The notes below the pieces were generated by a model. It worked only from the letters and a program-made list of their open reading frames with translations. It was not told the origin of the DNA and did not search any database. DNA of 64,000 nucleotides from Mobula hypostoma. Its lineage: Eukaryota. Position numbers and translations under genes: made by a program. Numbering within the stretch: position 1 is the stretch's first letter; the number at the start of each line of letters is the position of its first letter. The stretch covers positions 174,656,001-174,720,000 of the forward strand of contig NC_086097.1 of assembly GCF_963921235.1 (NCBI RefSeq), given 5' to 3'. Shown one piece after another: positions 1 through 12,707 of the stretch.

Positions 1-639
1 AAGAAATGTTTGAATATCAAACTGGCTTTCTTGGTGTCTGGTTCGGAGGTACAAATGAGTAACCAAAAGAATGCCTGCTGTGCATGTACAAATTGTGCCA
101 TCCTGGTCAATGCATTAGCATGCATGCAGCTGACATCTGTTGAAAGTATGCAGAACAGGCAGATTATGATGTCAATCAGCTTGCAGTGCAGAAATGAAGC
201 CATTCTGGAGCTGAATCCATTAGCCAACTCCTTTCCTTAACTTCACATATGAGATCTAAATTCAAATGCTCCTGATAACCGTCCGAACACTCTTTTCTTA
301 ATGTATAACTGATAAAGCTATTTGTACGGAGTGGAATTTCATGCTCATTAATTGACCATTCAGAAGTTTTATTTTAGCTTCTGCCATTTATTAATGATCT
401 GAATAATCTGCAGAAACTGATGTACAAGTTGGCAGCTGGCTGGGGTACAGAAGCAATTTTGCTTATTTCTATATTTACAGGCTCATGATACTACCATCTC
501 TTTTCAAGTATACATTTGAACTGTGTTTTCAAGGATTATAATTAATCACAGCATTCATTTCAAATAGTGAACAAAGGAATTCACTGACCTTGTGGATTTC
601 ATCACTGGAATTTAGTGGCACTAAAAATAATCTTTTGTA

Positions 640-1189
640 TTCTGAAGAACACATTGATGCAATCACGAAGAGCACATGCTACCAGCTATACCTCATTAGA
701 AATTTGAGGAGATTTGGTATGTTACCAAAGACTAGCAAATTTGTATAGATGTACAATGTAGAGCATTCTGACTGGTTGTATCACAGCCTGGAATGGAGGC
801 TCCAATGTGCAGGATGGAAAGAGGCTGCAGAGGGTGAGGGTGGCAGACTCAGCCTGTTCCATCACGAGCACCATCAGACGGTAGTGATTCAAGAAGGCAT
901 CCCTGAGAACCCTCATCATCCGGGACATGCACTATATTCATTGCTGCTTTGGAGAAGAGTACAGGAGTCCAAAGATACGCACTAAACATTTTAGGAACAG
1001 TTTCTTTCCTTCCACCATTAGATTTCGGAATAGTCCATGGACCTATAAACACTACCTCACTATTCCTTTATTGCACCATTTATTTATTTACTATGATTTA
1101 TTGTAAATTTTATGTCTTGCACTGTAGTACTACCACAACCATCAAATTTCATGACCTATGTCAGTGATAATAAACCTGATTCTGATTCT
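640..1189 (+). mobile_element. Rex1/Babar-like LINE, 3' fragment
   Basis: Decayed C-terminal coding (SILTGCITAW.., HHPGHALYSLL) and a tail aataaacctgattctgattct. Confidence 0.75.
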
Positions 1190-1609
1190 ATGTGAACATT
1201 AACAGCAAATCAGAATCTCTATTCCAAAAAAAAAGGCACATTTCATTAAGATTTAACTTTAGCAGAAACCAAAGTAAGAGGAAGCTGTTCTTTAGTCTGT
1301 GTTGCACCCGTCTTTCTGTTCTATGTCACGGTCCTTTAAGTACTTTGGTGCAGCATACATTAGTGTGATTGGAACAATTGTACGGTCTGTGTCTTTTGAA
1401 ATAGCTACAGGGGAGGCAGATCAGGGAATAAAATGTTCTCCAGCTGTGTTCATTAAAATCTCATCAAATCACTCCAGTCACACCATTTCAATGAAATGTA
1501 CAGTTAGCTTTGAAATATTGATCACTGCCTGGTATAAGCTTTTTTTTTATGCATTGTATCGAAAGCAGACACATTGTGTGCAGATGAGAGAAGAACATTG
1601 ACACTTCAT

Positions 1610-2030
1610 AAAAGGTAGAACAGTACAATACAGTACAGGTCCTTTGGTTCATGATGTTGTGCCAGCTTTTTAACCTACTCCAAGATCAATCTAATGCTTC
1701 CTTCCCACATAGGCCTACATTTTTCTTTCATCCATATAACTATTTCTTAAATATCCCTTCACCTATCACCTTATAGCTGGTTCTCATTCCCCTTCCCCAC
1801 CATTTTATTCTGGCATCTTCTCCTTTCCTTTCCCGTCCTCAAGAAGAGTCTCGGCCTAAAACAGCGACTGTTTATTCACTTTCATAGATGCCGCATAATC
1901 TGCTGAGTTCCCCAACATTTTGTGTGTATGTGCCTAATGTATCTGACTCGGCCATCACTCCTGGCAGTGTAAAAAATTTACATCTGACATCCCCTCTATA
2001 CTTTAATCAGCTTAAAATTATGTCCACAAG
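1610..2030 (-). mobile_element. CR1 3' fragment (antisense), interrupted at about 1759-1932 by a Penelope-like terminal fragment (+)
   Basis: Antisense CR1 3'-end motifs; the insert carries a decayed hammerhead-type motif and the PLE terminus (atagatgc..gctgagttcc..cattttgtgtgt). Confidence 0.65.
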
Positions 2031-3648
2031 AGTTACAGTGGGATGGGAACCAGGGTGCCAGAACAGATAGTGGAGATATCATTGAGTCAGACCTCAGACA
2101 GAGCCAGGAATTAAAAGGTTGAGCATGGTGCGACTAATCTGCTGAGCTGTGTGTGTTTCGATGAAGAAGTATTGTAGGAAAGGCAGATGAGCTCAGAGCA
2201 TCAATCAACACATGGAATTCTGATATTGTAGCCATTAGTGAGACTTGGTTGTAGGAGGGGCAGGACTGGCAGCTCAGTGTTCTGAAGCTCCATTGTTTTA
2301 AATAAGACAGATCATGAGGGAGTAAAGGTAGAAGTGTGGTGTTGCTAGTCAGGGAAAATGTAATGACAATGCTTATCTGGGCCAGACTGGAGAAATTGTC
2401 TAGTGAGGCTTTTGGTGCAACTGAGGAATAAGAAAGATATGACCACGTTAATGGGGCTATATTATAGACTCTTCAACAATCCACAGGATTTGGAGGCACA
2501 AGTTTGTAGAGAGATCGCAGACTGTTGCAAGAAACATAAGGCTGTCATATTAGGTGATTTTAACTTTCCACATATTGACTGGGAATCCCATACTGTAAAA
2601 AGGCCAGATGGGATTGAGTTTATCAGGTGTATTCAAGAAAGTTTCAGCACATAGAAGTCCCAACAAGAAAGTGTGCAATACTTGATCTGCTATTAGGGAA
2701 TGAGACAGAGCAGGTGACAGAAGCTTGTGTAGGGGAACACTTTCCAGCTAGTGATCATAATGCCATTAGTTTCAAAGTAAATATGGAAAAAGATAGGTCT
2801 GGTCTGCAGGTTGAGATTCTAAATTGGAGAAAGGCCACTATTGATGGTATCCGAAAAGAACTGGCAAATGTGGATTGGGACAGCCTGTTTTCTGGTAAAA
2901 GTGCACTTGATAAATGGGAGGCCTTCAAAAGTGAAATTCTGAGAGTACAAAGTCTGTCTGTGACTGTCAGAATAAAAGGTAAAGATAACAAGTTTAGGGA
3001 ACTTTGGTTTTCAAAAGCTATTGAGGCCCTGGTTAAGAATAGACAGGTGGTGTATATAGGAGGTAGGGTCAAATGAGGTACTTATTGAGTATAAGAAATA
3101 CAAGAGAACACTTAAGGAAGAAATCAGGTGGGCTAAAAGGAAGCATGAAGTTGCCCTAACAGATAAAGTGAAGGCAAATCCTAAGGGATTGTACAAAGGA
3201 TTGCAAAGGACAAAATTGCTGTTCTGGAAGATCAGAATGGTAATCTGTGTGTGGAGCCAAAAGAGATGGGGAGATCTTAAATGATTTTTGTTTTTGCATC
3301 TGTATTTATTCAGGAGGTGGACACAGAATCTATAGAAGTGAGACAAAGCAGCAGCAAGGTCATGGACTCTATATAGATTACAAAGGAGGTGTTTGCTAAC
3401 TTGAGACAAATTCGGGTGGATTAATCCCCAGGACCTGACAAGGTGTTCCCTTGGATCCTGTGGGAAACTAGTGCAGAAATTTCAGGGCTTTAGCAGAGAT
3501 ACTTAAATCATCCTTAGCAATAGGTGAGGTATTGGAGGATTGGTGGATAGCTATTGTTGTTTCACTGTTCAAGAGAGGCACTAGAAATAAACCAGGAAAT
3601 TATAGGTTGGTGAGCCTGACATCAGTAGTGGAAAAGTTATTGAAAGGT

Positions 3649-3763
3649 GAAAAAGGATCTAGTGCTTCGTATCATCCATGAAGAAGATAGCAGAGTTTGC
3701 CATCGAAACATTGGTTATAATCGATACCTGTACCTGGCTGGAAGTCCAAAAAGTGCTTATTCA
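3649..3763 (+). mobile_element. 115-bp insertion, probably a Penelope-like terminal fragment with a decayed hammerhead motif
   Basis: Flanked by an imperfect 12-bp duplication, ttattgaaaggt (3637-3648) and ttattagaaggt (3764-3775). Contains (a)TGAAGA-hairpin-GAAAC. Confidence 0.55.
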
Positions 3764-3807
3764 TTATTAGAAGGTATTCTAAGGGACCGGATATATGAGT
3801 ACTTAGA

Positions 3808-4271
3808 CCATAAGATCATAAGACAAAGGAGCAGAAGTCGGCCATTCGGCCCATCGAGTCTGCTCCGCCATTTTATCATGAGCTGATCCATTCTCCCATT
3901 TAGTCCCACTCCCTCGCCTTCTCACCATAACCTTTGATGCCCTGGCTACTCAGATACCTATCAATCTCTGCCTTAAATACACCCAATGACTTGGCCTCCA
4001 CTGCTGCCCGTGGCAACAAATTCCATAGATTCACCACCCTCTGGCTAAAAAAGTTCCTTTGCATCTCTGTTCTGAATGGGCCCCCTTCAATCCTTAAGTC
4101 ATGCCCTCTCGTACTAGACTCCCCCATCATGGGAAACAACTTTGCCAGATCCACTCCATCCATGCCTTTCAATATTCGAAATGTTTCTATGAGGTCTCCC
4201 CTCATTCTTCTAAACTCCAAGGAATACAGTCCAAGAGCGGACAAACGTTCCTCATATGTTAACCCTCTCAT
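3808..4271 (-). mobile_element. Young 5'-truncated CR1 nested antisense in an older CR1
   Basis: Open 123-aa ORF2 C-terminus, cttatg-type tail, possible TSD TTAGA (3803-3807 and 4272-4276). Confidence 0.9.
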
Positions 4272-7200
4272 TTAGATAGATAGGAACTGATTAGGGATAG
4301 TCAGCCTGACTTTGTGTGTGGTAGGTTGCGTCTAACCAATCTTCTAGAGTTACCAGGAAAGTTGATTAAGACAAGGCAGTGGATGTTGTCTACGTGGACT
4401 GTAGCAAGGCATTTGATAAGGTTCCGCGTGGGAGGTTGTTCGAGAAGGTTCAGTCGCTTGGCATTCAAATGAGGCAATAAATTGGATTAGACATTGACTT
4501 TGTGGGAGAAGTCAGAGTGCGGTAATAGATGGTCATCTCTCTGACTGGAGACCTGAGACTACTGTAGTGCTGCAGGGATCAGTGCTGTTTGTCATCTGTA
4601 TTGATGATCTGGATGATAATGTGGTTAATTGGATCAGCAAATTTGTGGAATGACACCAAGATTGTGGGTGTAGTAAACAGCGAGGAAGAGTATCTGAGCT
4701 TCCAACAGGATCTGGATCAACTGGAAAAATGGGCTGAAAAATGTCAGATGGAATTTAATGCAGACAAGTCAGTGTTGTCGTACTTCGGTAGGACCAAACT
4801 GGGTAGGCCTTACACAGAGAATGGTAGGGTAGTGAGGAGTGCAGTAAAGCAAAGAGATCTTGAAATAGAGGTCCATAATGCATTGAAAGTGGCAGCACAG
4901 GTAAATAGGGTTGTAAAGAAAGTTTTTGGTGTATTGGCCTTCATAAATTGAGTACAGGAGATGGGATGTTATGTCAAAGTTGTATAAGACTTTGATGAGG
5001 CCTAATTTGGATATTGTGTGCAGTTTTGGTCACTCACCTACAGGAAAGATGTAAATAAGGATGAAAAAGTACAGAGAAAATTTACAAGGATGTTGCTGGG
5101 ACTGGAGGACCTGAGTTACAAGGAAAGATTGAATAGGTTAGGACTTTATTCGCTGGAACATGGAGGACTGAGGAGAGATTTGAATGATGTATACAAAACT
5201 ATGAGGGGTCTAGATAGGGTAAATGCAAGCAGGCTTTTTCCAGTGAGATTGGGTGAGACTACAACAAGAGGTCATAGGTTAAGGGTGAAAGGTGAAATGT
5301 TTAAGGGGGAACATGAAGGGAAATTTCTTCACTGAGAGAGTTGTGAGAGTTTAGAATGAGCTGCCAGTGCAAGTTGTGCATTGAAGCTCAATTCCAACGT
5401 TTAAGAGAAGTTTCGATAGGGAGTTGAACATGAAGGGTATGGAGGGCTATGGTCCACGTGTACATCTATGGGACTAGACCGTTTAAACAGTTTGGCACAG
5501 GCTAGATGGGCCGAAGGGCCTGTATCTGTGCTGTAATTTTCTATGACTCCATGACTCTAAGGAGATTTCTGTCAGTATGGAGATGAATCTACTATAGAGG
5601 TGATCAGTTTTCTGGCAAGTGTGTGTGCAGTGAACAGTGCCAGGGTCTATTGCCTTGGGAATTCAGAAGCTGCAAGCAACTGAGCAAGAAATATCAGCAG
5701 ATATTCAAGTAACTGATGATGTTTGGGTGCTGATGCAGACCAACCATCTGCTTCCACAGAAGCTGGTGCCTATCTAAGAATTTCTTAAATGTCCTTAATG
5801 TCTCTGTCTCTACCACCACCACCACTGGCAGTGTGCTCCATGCACTTAGCACACTCTGTGTAAAAAAAAATCAACTTCTGACATACCCCTATACTTTCCT
5901 CCAATTGCCTTAAAATTATGTCCGCAAGAAGATGGAGTTGCTATACAGGTGGTCAGTTTCAGGCGAGTAGGTGTGCAATGAACAGTGCCAGGGACCGTTC
6001 TCTTGGGAATCCAGAAACTGCAGACAACTGAGGAAGAAACATCAGCAATTGCTCAAGTAACTGATGAAATTTGGATTGAAATCGTGAAACCCTCTGCTTC
6101 CTCAGATGTTGCCTCACCCACTGCATTTCTTCAGCAGCTTGTTGGTTTTTGCTTCCTTTCTCAGCATCTGCAATGTGTCTTGTATCTCAACTGTCCAAAG
6201 ACGTACTGATTGGTAGGTTAATGGGTCATTGTAAATTGGCCTGTGATCAGGCCAAGGTTAAGTTGGGGGACTGTTGGGCTGCATGGCTTGAAGGGCCAAA
6301 AGGCATCATGGTAAGAGAGGAACATGAGTGAATGTGATTCTGAGATTCTGAACTTTATTTATATTTTTGCTGAGTTATATCCTGCCTCTGGATTGATGAT
6401 TCCTACTGACATAAACACCAACAGTCAGTCCCAACATAACTTGATTATGCATCTACTCTTCGTATGTCTGTCTAGAAAGTGTTTGACCTAGGCCATTTGA
6501 CTATTGATACCTTCACTGAAGAACTGCATTTAGTTCATCATTCACTTCCCAGTAGAAATAATCACTAGATAGGCAACTCTCAACAGAAAACTTGACCTAT
6601 CGTATGGCACACACGATAGCAAACAGCGTTGCAATGTTGTAGTATTTATTGCACAGTCGTGCTCTAAATTGTCCACTCAAATCTCTTTCAATTCTTCTTC
6701 ATCTCTTCTCATCAACATATTTATTTTCTCCTTTGTTTCCTTTAAGTGCTACTCATTTCAATCTTTTCATGCGAGACATTTTATTGGATTTATTATTCTA
6801 GTTTAGCCACAATCATTTGAGTTGAGATCATCTTGCTGAGCACACCTATCATTGTGCTCTGCTTTTCATCTGTAGTTACTCGATAATGCACTACACCTGG
6901 GAATGTAGCCAGTTCTTTCTCAGTTTAAGTTGGACACAGAATCTAGCTGCAGTATTGCTGTCATCATCCATCTGAGACTGGCTGCCTCAGTAAAAAGCAA
7001 GTACTGCAAGAAGAATTTTTCTAATTCATGTACCCCACCACTTTGTGTATAAAGTTACTAGATTACAGATGGGATTCTAAAACTGACTTTCTGATTGAGA
7101 ATTCATATGAGACATAGTTTTAAAATAGTAGGACAAAAATAACATGGTTTCTGTAGCAAAAGCACAGCAAAGCAGTTCTCTCATGGGTTCTGTTTCATCA

Positions 7201-8785
7201 AAGTGGACCCTCATCATTTTTCATGGGAGGGAGTGATTTGCAGAGTTATTGTGGATAAGTTGAATCTTTCCAACACCTACGCCAGCAGTGCACGGAACAG
7301 TTGTAGGAATGATCATGTGAGGTTCTTCATATGCTCAAAGCTGCACTTTGATCTTGGTGACAGCGGACTCAATGACTTCATCCCCAGCTCATGTAAATGA
7401 AATTGATGTGGGTTATGTCCTGAACTGAACCCGCAGGGGGGATTTGTCTGCACTGTGTACTCACAGGAATATTAAGAAACTTTGTATTTTAAGAATTTTG
7501 GAAATCAGCAGCCAGAATAAATGTATAAATGTTAGCATCTAATTTGAAGAATTGTTGCTATCATTTTTTGAAGGAGGGAGTTAGTGAAGAAGTAAACAAA
7601 TCATTTAGTTTTCTCGTCCTTCTCTATGCTTATGTAATAAAATTATCTATATATGTCACCCCCATGTCCACCATTAAACTGCAGTGAAAAGAAGAGCTCA
7701 TCTTGTATTAATGTTTTAAGATGTCAGTACCTTTGTGCCTGTGATTAATTAGGTTATAAATACACAGAATGCTTTGGTTAAATACTGTTCTGAGCCCTCT
7801 GTACCAGAGATTTAAGATTTAAAACAGCTTATTTTATGTTTTTTTAAGTTACATTTTTAAAATAATGACATTATTAACTATTTAATATTGATAACCTAGT
7901 GAAGAACTATAAAGGTAAAGAATAGAGCTGCAAAGTAATTTGAAAGATAACTGGAAAATAGCTAAAAGTTTAAGATACTGGGTGAGTGATTGAAATTCAG
8001 TATTTTGCCTAAGCAGAATTAATTAGCAGCTCCTGAATATGACCTACATATTTTAAGGCTAATTTGAATCAGTACCTTTTTGATCCTTAATTTGTAAAAT
8101 CTTAGATAATTACATGATGGCAAAAAGTTGCCTTTTGAACTCAATAGTTGTATTGCATCAGTACTTAATCTGTGAAATTAATGTATTTGCATTTACTATA
8201 AAAAGCAGCTTTTAAATAATAGTGACTTAAAACAACAGGTACGGCATTGTTGGCAATGCTTTTGAGGGAAATGTTGATGTGTACCATGTCATTGTTTAGT
8301 TGTGTGCATAATTCTATATTTTGATCTTTTTTTAAATGTCAAACATATTCCCATAAAGAACCTGTTTTTTTAAAACAATAAAATACTTAGGAAGGTCTTG
8401 ATTTTAAAAAAAGTCTAAAGTAATTTTTCTGTATGGACGTTATGCCCCGGTGAGCCATGACGAAATGTAGCCTTCCACAGTAGTGATATAAGATAACTAG
8501 GTCTCTGGGACATAAGTCAACCATTTTAATCACTTTATATTATAAATATATAATATAAATCGTGAAATTTTAAAATTGTAATATAGCACACAAGAAAGAA
8601 AGCAATGATTGAGCTACATAAATATTGATTTTTGCCATACTTTTGGCATGGTAGAAAAATATGAAGGCAGAGCCATGACAGGATAGATTCACCAAAATTA
8701 GACAGAAGACCACAGAGTTTCCCTGAGATGATGCCAAAGATAGAAAGTTGTGAAGAGTGACTTGAGATATTGACACCTTCCAATT

Positions 8786-9705
8786 GATCAGAATCAGGTT
8801 TATTATCACCAGCATGTGACGTGAAATTTGTTAACTTAGCAGCAGCAGTTCAATGCAGTACATAATCTAGCAGAGAAAGAAGAAAAAAGAAATAATAATA
8901 ATAATAAAATAAAACATAATAAATAAACAAGTAAATCAATCGCGTATATTGAATAGATTTTTAAAACTGTGCAAAAACAGAATACTATATATTTTAAAAA
9001 GTGTGGTAGTGCTCAAAGCTTCAATGTCCATTTAGGAATTGGATGGCAGAAGGGAAGAGGCTGTTCCTGAATCACTGAGTGCGTGCCTTCAGGCTTCTGT
9101 ACCTCCTACCTGATGGTAACAGTGAGAAAAGGGCATGCCCTGGGTGCTGGAGATCCTTAGTAATGGACACTGCCTTTCTGAGACACCGCACCCTAAAGGC
9201 GTCCTGGGTACTTTGTAGATAGTGCCCAAGATGGAGCTGACTAGATTTACAACCTTCTGCAGCTTCTTTTGGTCCTGTGCAGTAGCCCCTCCGTACCAGA
9301 CAGTGATGCAGCCTATCCATGGTACAGCTATAGAAGCTTTTGAGTGTATTTGTTGACATGCCATGTCTCTTCAAACTCCTAATAAAGTATAGCTGCTGTC
9401 TTGCCTTCTTTATAACTACATCAATATGTTGGAACCAGGTTAGATCCTCAGAGATCTTGACACCCAGGAGCTTGAAGCTGCTCACTCTCTCCACTTCTGA
9501 TCCTTCTATGAGGATTGGTATGTGCTCCTTCGTCTTACACTTCCTGAAGTCCACAATCAGCTCTTTCATCTTACTGATATTGAGTGCCAGGTTGTTGCTG
9601 CGGCACCATTCCACTAGATGGCATATCTCACTCCTGTACACACTCTTGTCACCACCTGCGATTCTACCAACAATGGTTGTATCATCAACAAATTTATAGA
9701 TGGTA
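8786..9705 (-). mobile_element. Rex1/Babar-like LINE, 3' part
   Basis: ORF 9072..9641 (WCRSNNLALNISKMKELIVDFR..FKLLGVKISEDLTW..ARQQLYF) and a (TTCTGA)-type tail. Confidence 0.85.
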
Positions 9706-10591
9706 TTCAGGGAAGATTGAAGACATTTAATGGATTTTTTGATACTATAAGGGGATGTGTTGGAGTAAACAAAAAACTAATGGAATTAGGAAGTCAGTGA
9801 TAAGGAACCAATTTCTAAAAAATTGAAATACAGTAGACCATTTAATTGGGCCATTGGTTAATTGGGACAGCCGCTTATTTGAGACAACTCTTAAAGAATG
9901 AAAACTAATGGAGAAAATAGCCAAGATTCCCTTCATTTATTTGGAACACTATGCCACTTAAGTGGGCCAGGAGACTGTTGCTGAACAGTTCCTAATTAGC
10001 ATCTGAAGTGTGCACTTGTGTTGCCATTAGACACTATACCATGCATAGAGCAAATATTTTTTAAATAGTATCAGTTACATACACTTGTGTTCAAAAAACA
10101 GTGATATTTGTCAGTGATAGTTGGCGAGAAATAAGCAGTAAGACAATTCAAAACTGTTTTGCTCACTGCAGCTTCAAGCATTGAGGCTTGCGGATGCCAG
10201 AAATGGCCAAGAGTGAAAACAAAACTATTTCACTACTTTAACAAGTTAGGAGCTATGAAGGATTTGAAGGTATCAACAATCATCTTGAATGTTGCAATGA
10301 AAATGAAGATTTGGAGGATGTAATCGTTGATAACATTGTGTGAAGGGACTCCAGTATCTTTACTAGGTCTCTGTGCTGATTTTGTTCACTTACGGTCAAG
10401 CTAAAGAATGCGTACACTGGATGAATTCCTCCACTGGTAACTACTAGGAACTGATACAAAATTTTATAGTATTGTAGTAGTGTTGATAATGCTCTAATAT
10501 ATTCTGTGTTTCACTTACAAACATCATTTGTTACTTAGTTAAATGGTAGTTTTTTTTATATCTTTTAACTACTTCCACTTAATTGGGTCAA

Positions 10592-12445
10592 AATAATTAT
10601 AATAATTATAATAACATTATTTATAGAGCACTTTTGATACAAATGGTGTAGTTCAAATTCCTTTACAATGAAAATAAAATAATAAATATAAATATAACAA
10701 TAAACATCAAAATAAAAGACAAAAAGATGTTAATTAAAAACAGGGTTAATAAATAGGTTTGGAGCTGGCATTTAAAAATTTCATCAGAGTCTGCATCCCT
10801 TGTGGTTTTGGGTATTGAATTCTACAGTTTAGGAGCATGGTTCAAAATACGTGTCCTGCCAGTTATGTTTTGAAGGAGATTGTTTAAACTTAAGAGACCG
10901 GCAGAAGAAGACCTTAGAGCTCGAACAGGCTAATAAAACGAAAATGATTCTGTGCTGTAGTCTGGTCCCAGACCTTTTAAAAGCTTTAAAAGCAAGTAAG
11001 AGAACTTTAAAATCCATACTAGAAGATATAGGAAGCCAATGTGGAGTAGCTAGTACAGGAGTGATATGCTCCCTCATCCTGGTTTTAGTTAAAAGTCTAG
11101 CAGCAGTGGTCTGAATGAGCTGAAGTTTGGGAATAGATTGCTTTGGAAGGCTGGTAAAAAGTTTATTGCGCTATTCTAGTCTATTTGATTTAAAGGCATG
11201 AATTAATTTTTCAGCATCAGTATGTTGCAGAAACAGACGTACCTTTGGAATATTTCTTAACTATAAAAATGCTGCTCTTGTCACTTTCTGGATGTGGGAT
11301 TTAAAATTCAAATCTGAATCAAGGATAATACCCAGGCCTGTTACTTCTGATTTTACAAGGAGAGCCGTTCCTAAGTTTATCAAGTTCATCTCTTTCGGTA
11401 TTGGGACCAACCAAAATTATTTCGGTTTTATCTTCATTTATAGTTTAGGGACCCGGCTGGTGGCGTAGTGGCATCAGCGCCGGACTTCGGGACGAAAGGT
11501 CCCGAGTTCGAATCCAGCCAGCTCTACTGCACGCCTTACATCTGTGCTGGGTTACGAGTTGGTGATCTCTTTGGAAACTCACCTGACAGAAGGCAATGGC
11601 AAACCACTGCTGTAACCTGCCTCGTATGCGGATCCCCACTGCGTCAGAGAGGCGTGGAGGGAAATTGTCCGCTAACCAGAGAAACTCTGGATGTGACGTA
11701 GCTTTCCTTTTATAGTTTAGGAAATTATTGATCATTGACTTGTTTATTGCAGCCATACTGGAAGTCGGAGAAGGTAGGGTGTTATCATCATCAGGCTTAT
11801 TTAGATATACATTTGTGTGTCATCTACATAACTGTGGAAATCAAGTTTATATTTTCTAATGATATTTTCTAAGGGGAGCATATATACGGAGATGAGTGGG
11901 GGACCAAGGCAGCTTCCCTGAGCAACACCAAAAGGTAACATTGTATCTCTTAGAAAATTTAGTCTCCAACAAACAAAATATTTTCTCTCTAAGATATATG
12001 AACAAAACCAATTAAGGACACTACCAGAGAGGCCAACCCAGTTCTTAAGGTAATCTAGGAGAATGTTGTGGTTAATTGTGTCAAAGGCAGCATTTAGAGC
12101 TAGAAGCTTTAGAACTGCGACTCTATTGGCATTAGTACTGAGTCGAAGGTCACTGACAATTTTGGGAAGGACTGTCTCTGTGCTGAGGTTTCCTCTAAAA
12201 CTTGACTGAAACTTTTCTAGAAAGTGTTTGAGTTGTTTGAAAAGGACTGTCTCAAGAGTCTTGCACAGGATGGAAACATTTGATTTGATAATCGGCCTGT
12301 ACTTAGTACCTCACTATCAAGGTTTGGTTTTTTAAGTAGGAGTTTGACAGTCGCAATTTTAAAGGCATCTGGAAAAACTCCAGTTTCAAGGGTTGTGTTA
12401 ATAATTTTCCCAACAGAATTGAGAACTCCATTTAAGGAGTCTTTA
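10592..12445 (-). mobile_element. L2 LINE fragment (RT and C-terminus)
   Basis: REHITPVLATPHWLPI..DFKVLLLAFKA, an RT YVDD-like remnant, and an AT-rich tail at 10592-10620. Confidence 0.85.
11450..11708 (+). mobile_element. Young tRNA-derived SINE
   Basis: A box TGGCGTAGTGG, B box GAGTTCGAATCC, CpG-rich body, and a perfect 13-bp TSD tttatagtttagg (11437-11449 and 11709-11721). Confidence 0.9.
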
Positions 12446-12707
12446 GAATGTACTGTCCCTGATTAACCGGAATGCACTGTAATGACAAAGTGAGCAAGGA
12501 CAAAAGTTAGGGTAAGTTTATTTGCTGGGGCACAAGACAGCTTTGCTACTGTGAGTAGCTAAGGTGATGAACATTGTATCTTTTAAACACAATAAAAGTG
12601 TTAGATGAAGCAAATATAGTCAATGGGATTACTGAAGCATAGAACTTAACAAAATGATGGTGTGGCTTTGTGCTTATGAATGAACTATTCTAAATTCCAT
12701 TTTAAGT

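Larger units (their letters stand above)
2031..5559 (+). mobile_element. CR1 LINE, decayed ORF2 (APE endonuclease plus RT) with two nested insertions
   Basis: AISETW, ILGDFNFPHIDW, ILDLLL and SDHN endonuclease motifs, RT remnants, and a tail ctatgactccatgactcta. Confidence 0.9.
9831..12479 (+). mobile_element. Tigger/pogo-like non-autonomous DNA transposon, split by an L2
   Basis: TA|CAGT...ACTG|TA ends with diverged TIRs; transposase C-terminal remnant VIFVSDSWREISSKTIQNCFAHCSF at about 10101-10175. Confidence 0.7.

Noticed and set aside
8435..8518. Imperfect ~12-bp inverted repeat (gacgttatgcccc / gggacataagtc)
   Set aside because: Too short and mismatched, with no TSD, to call a MITE or RNA hairpin.
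11450..11520. Possible tRNA gene
   Set aside because: No complete cloverleaf; it is followed by a SINE body and enclosed by a TSD.
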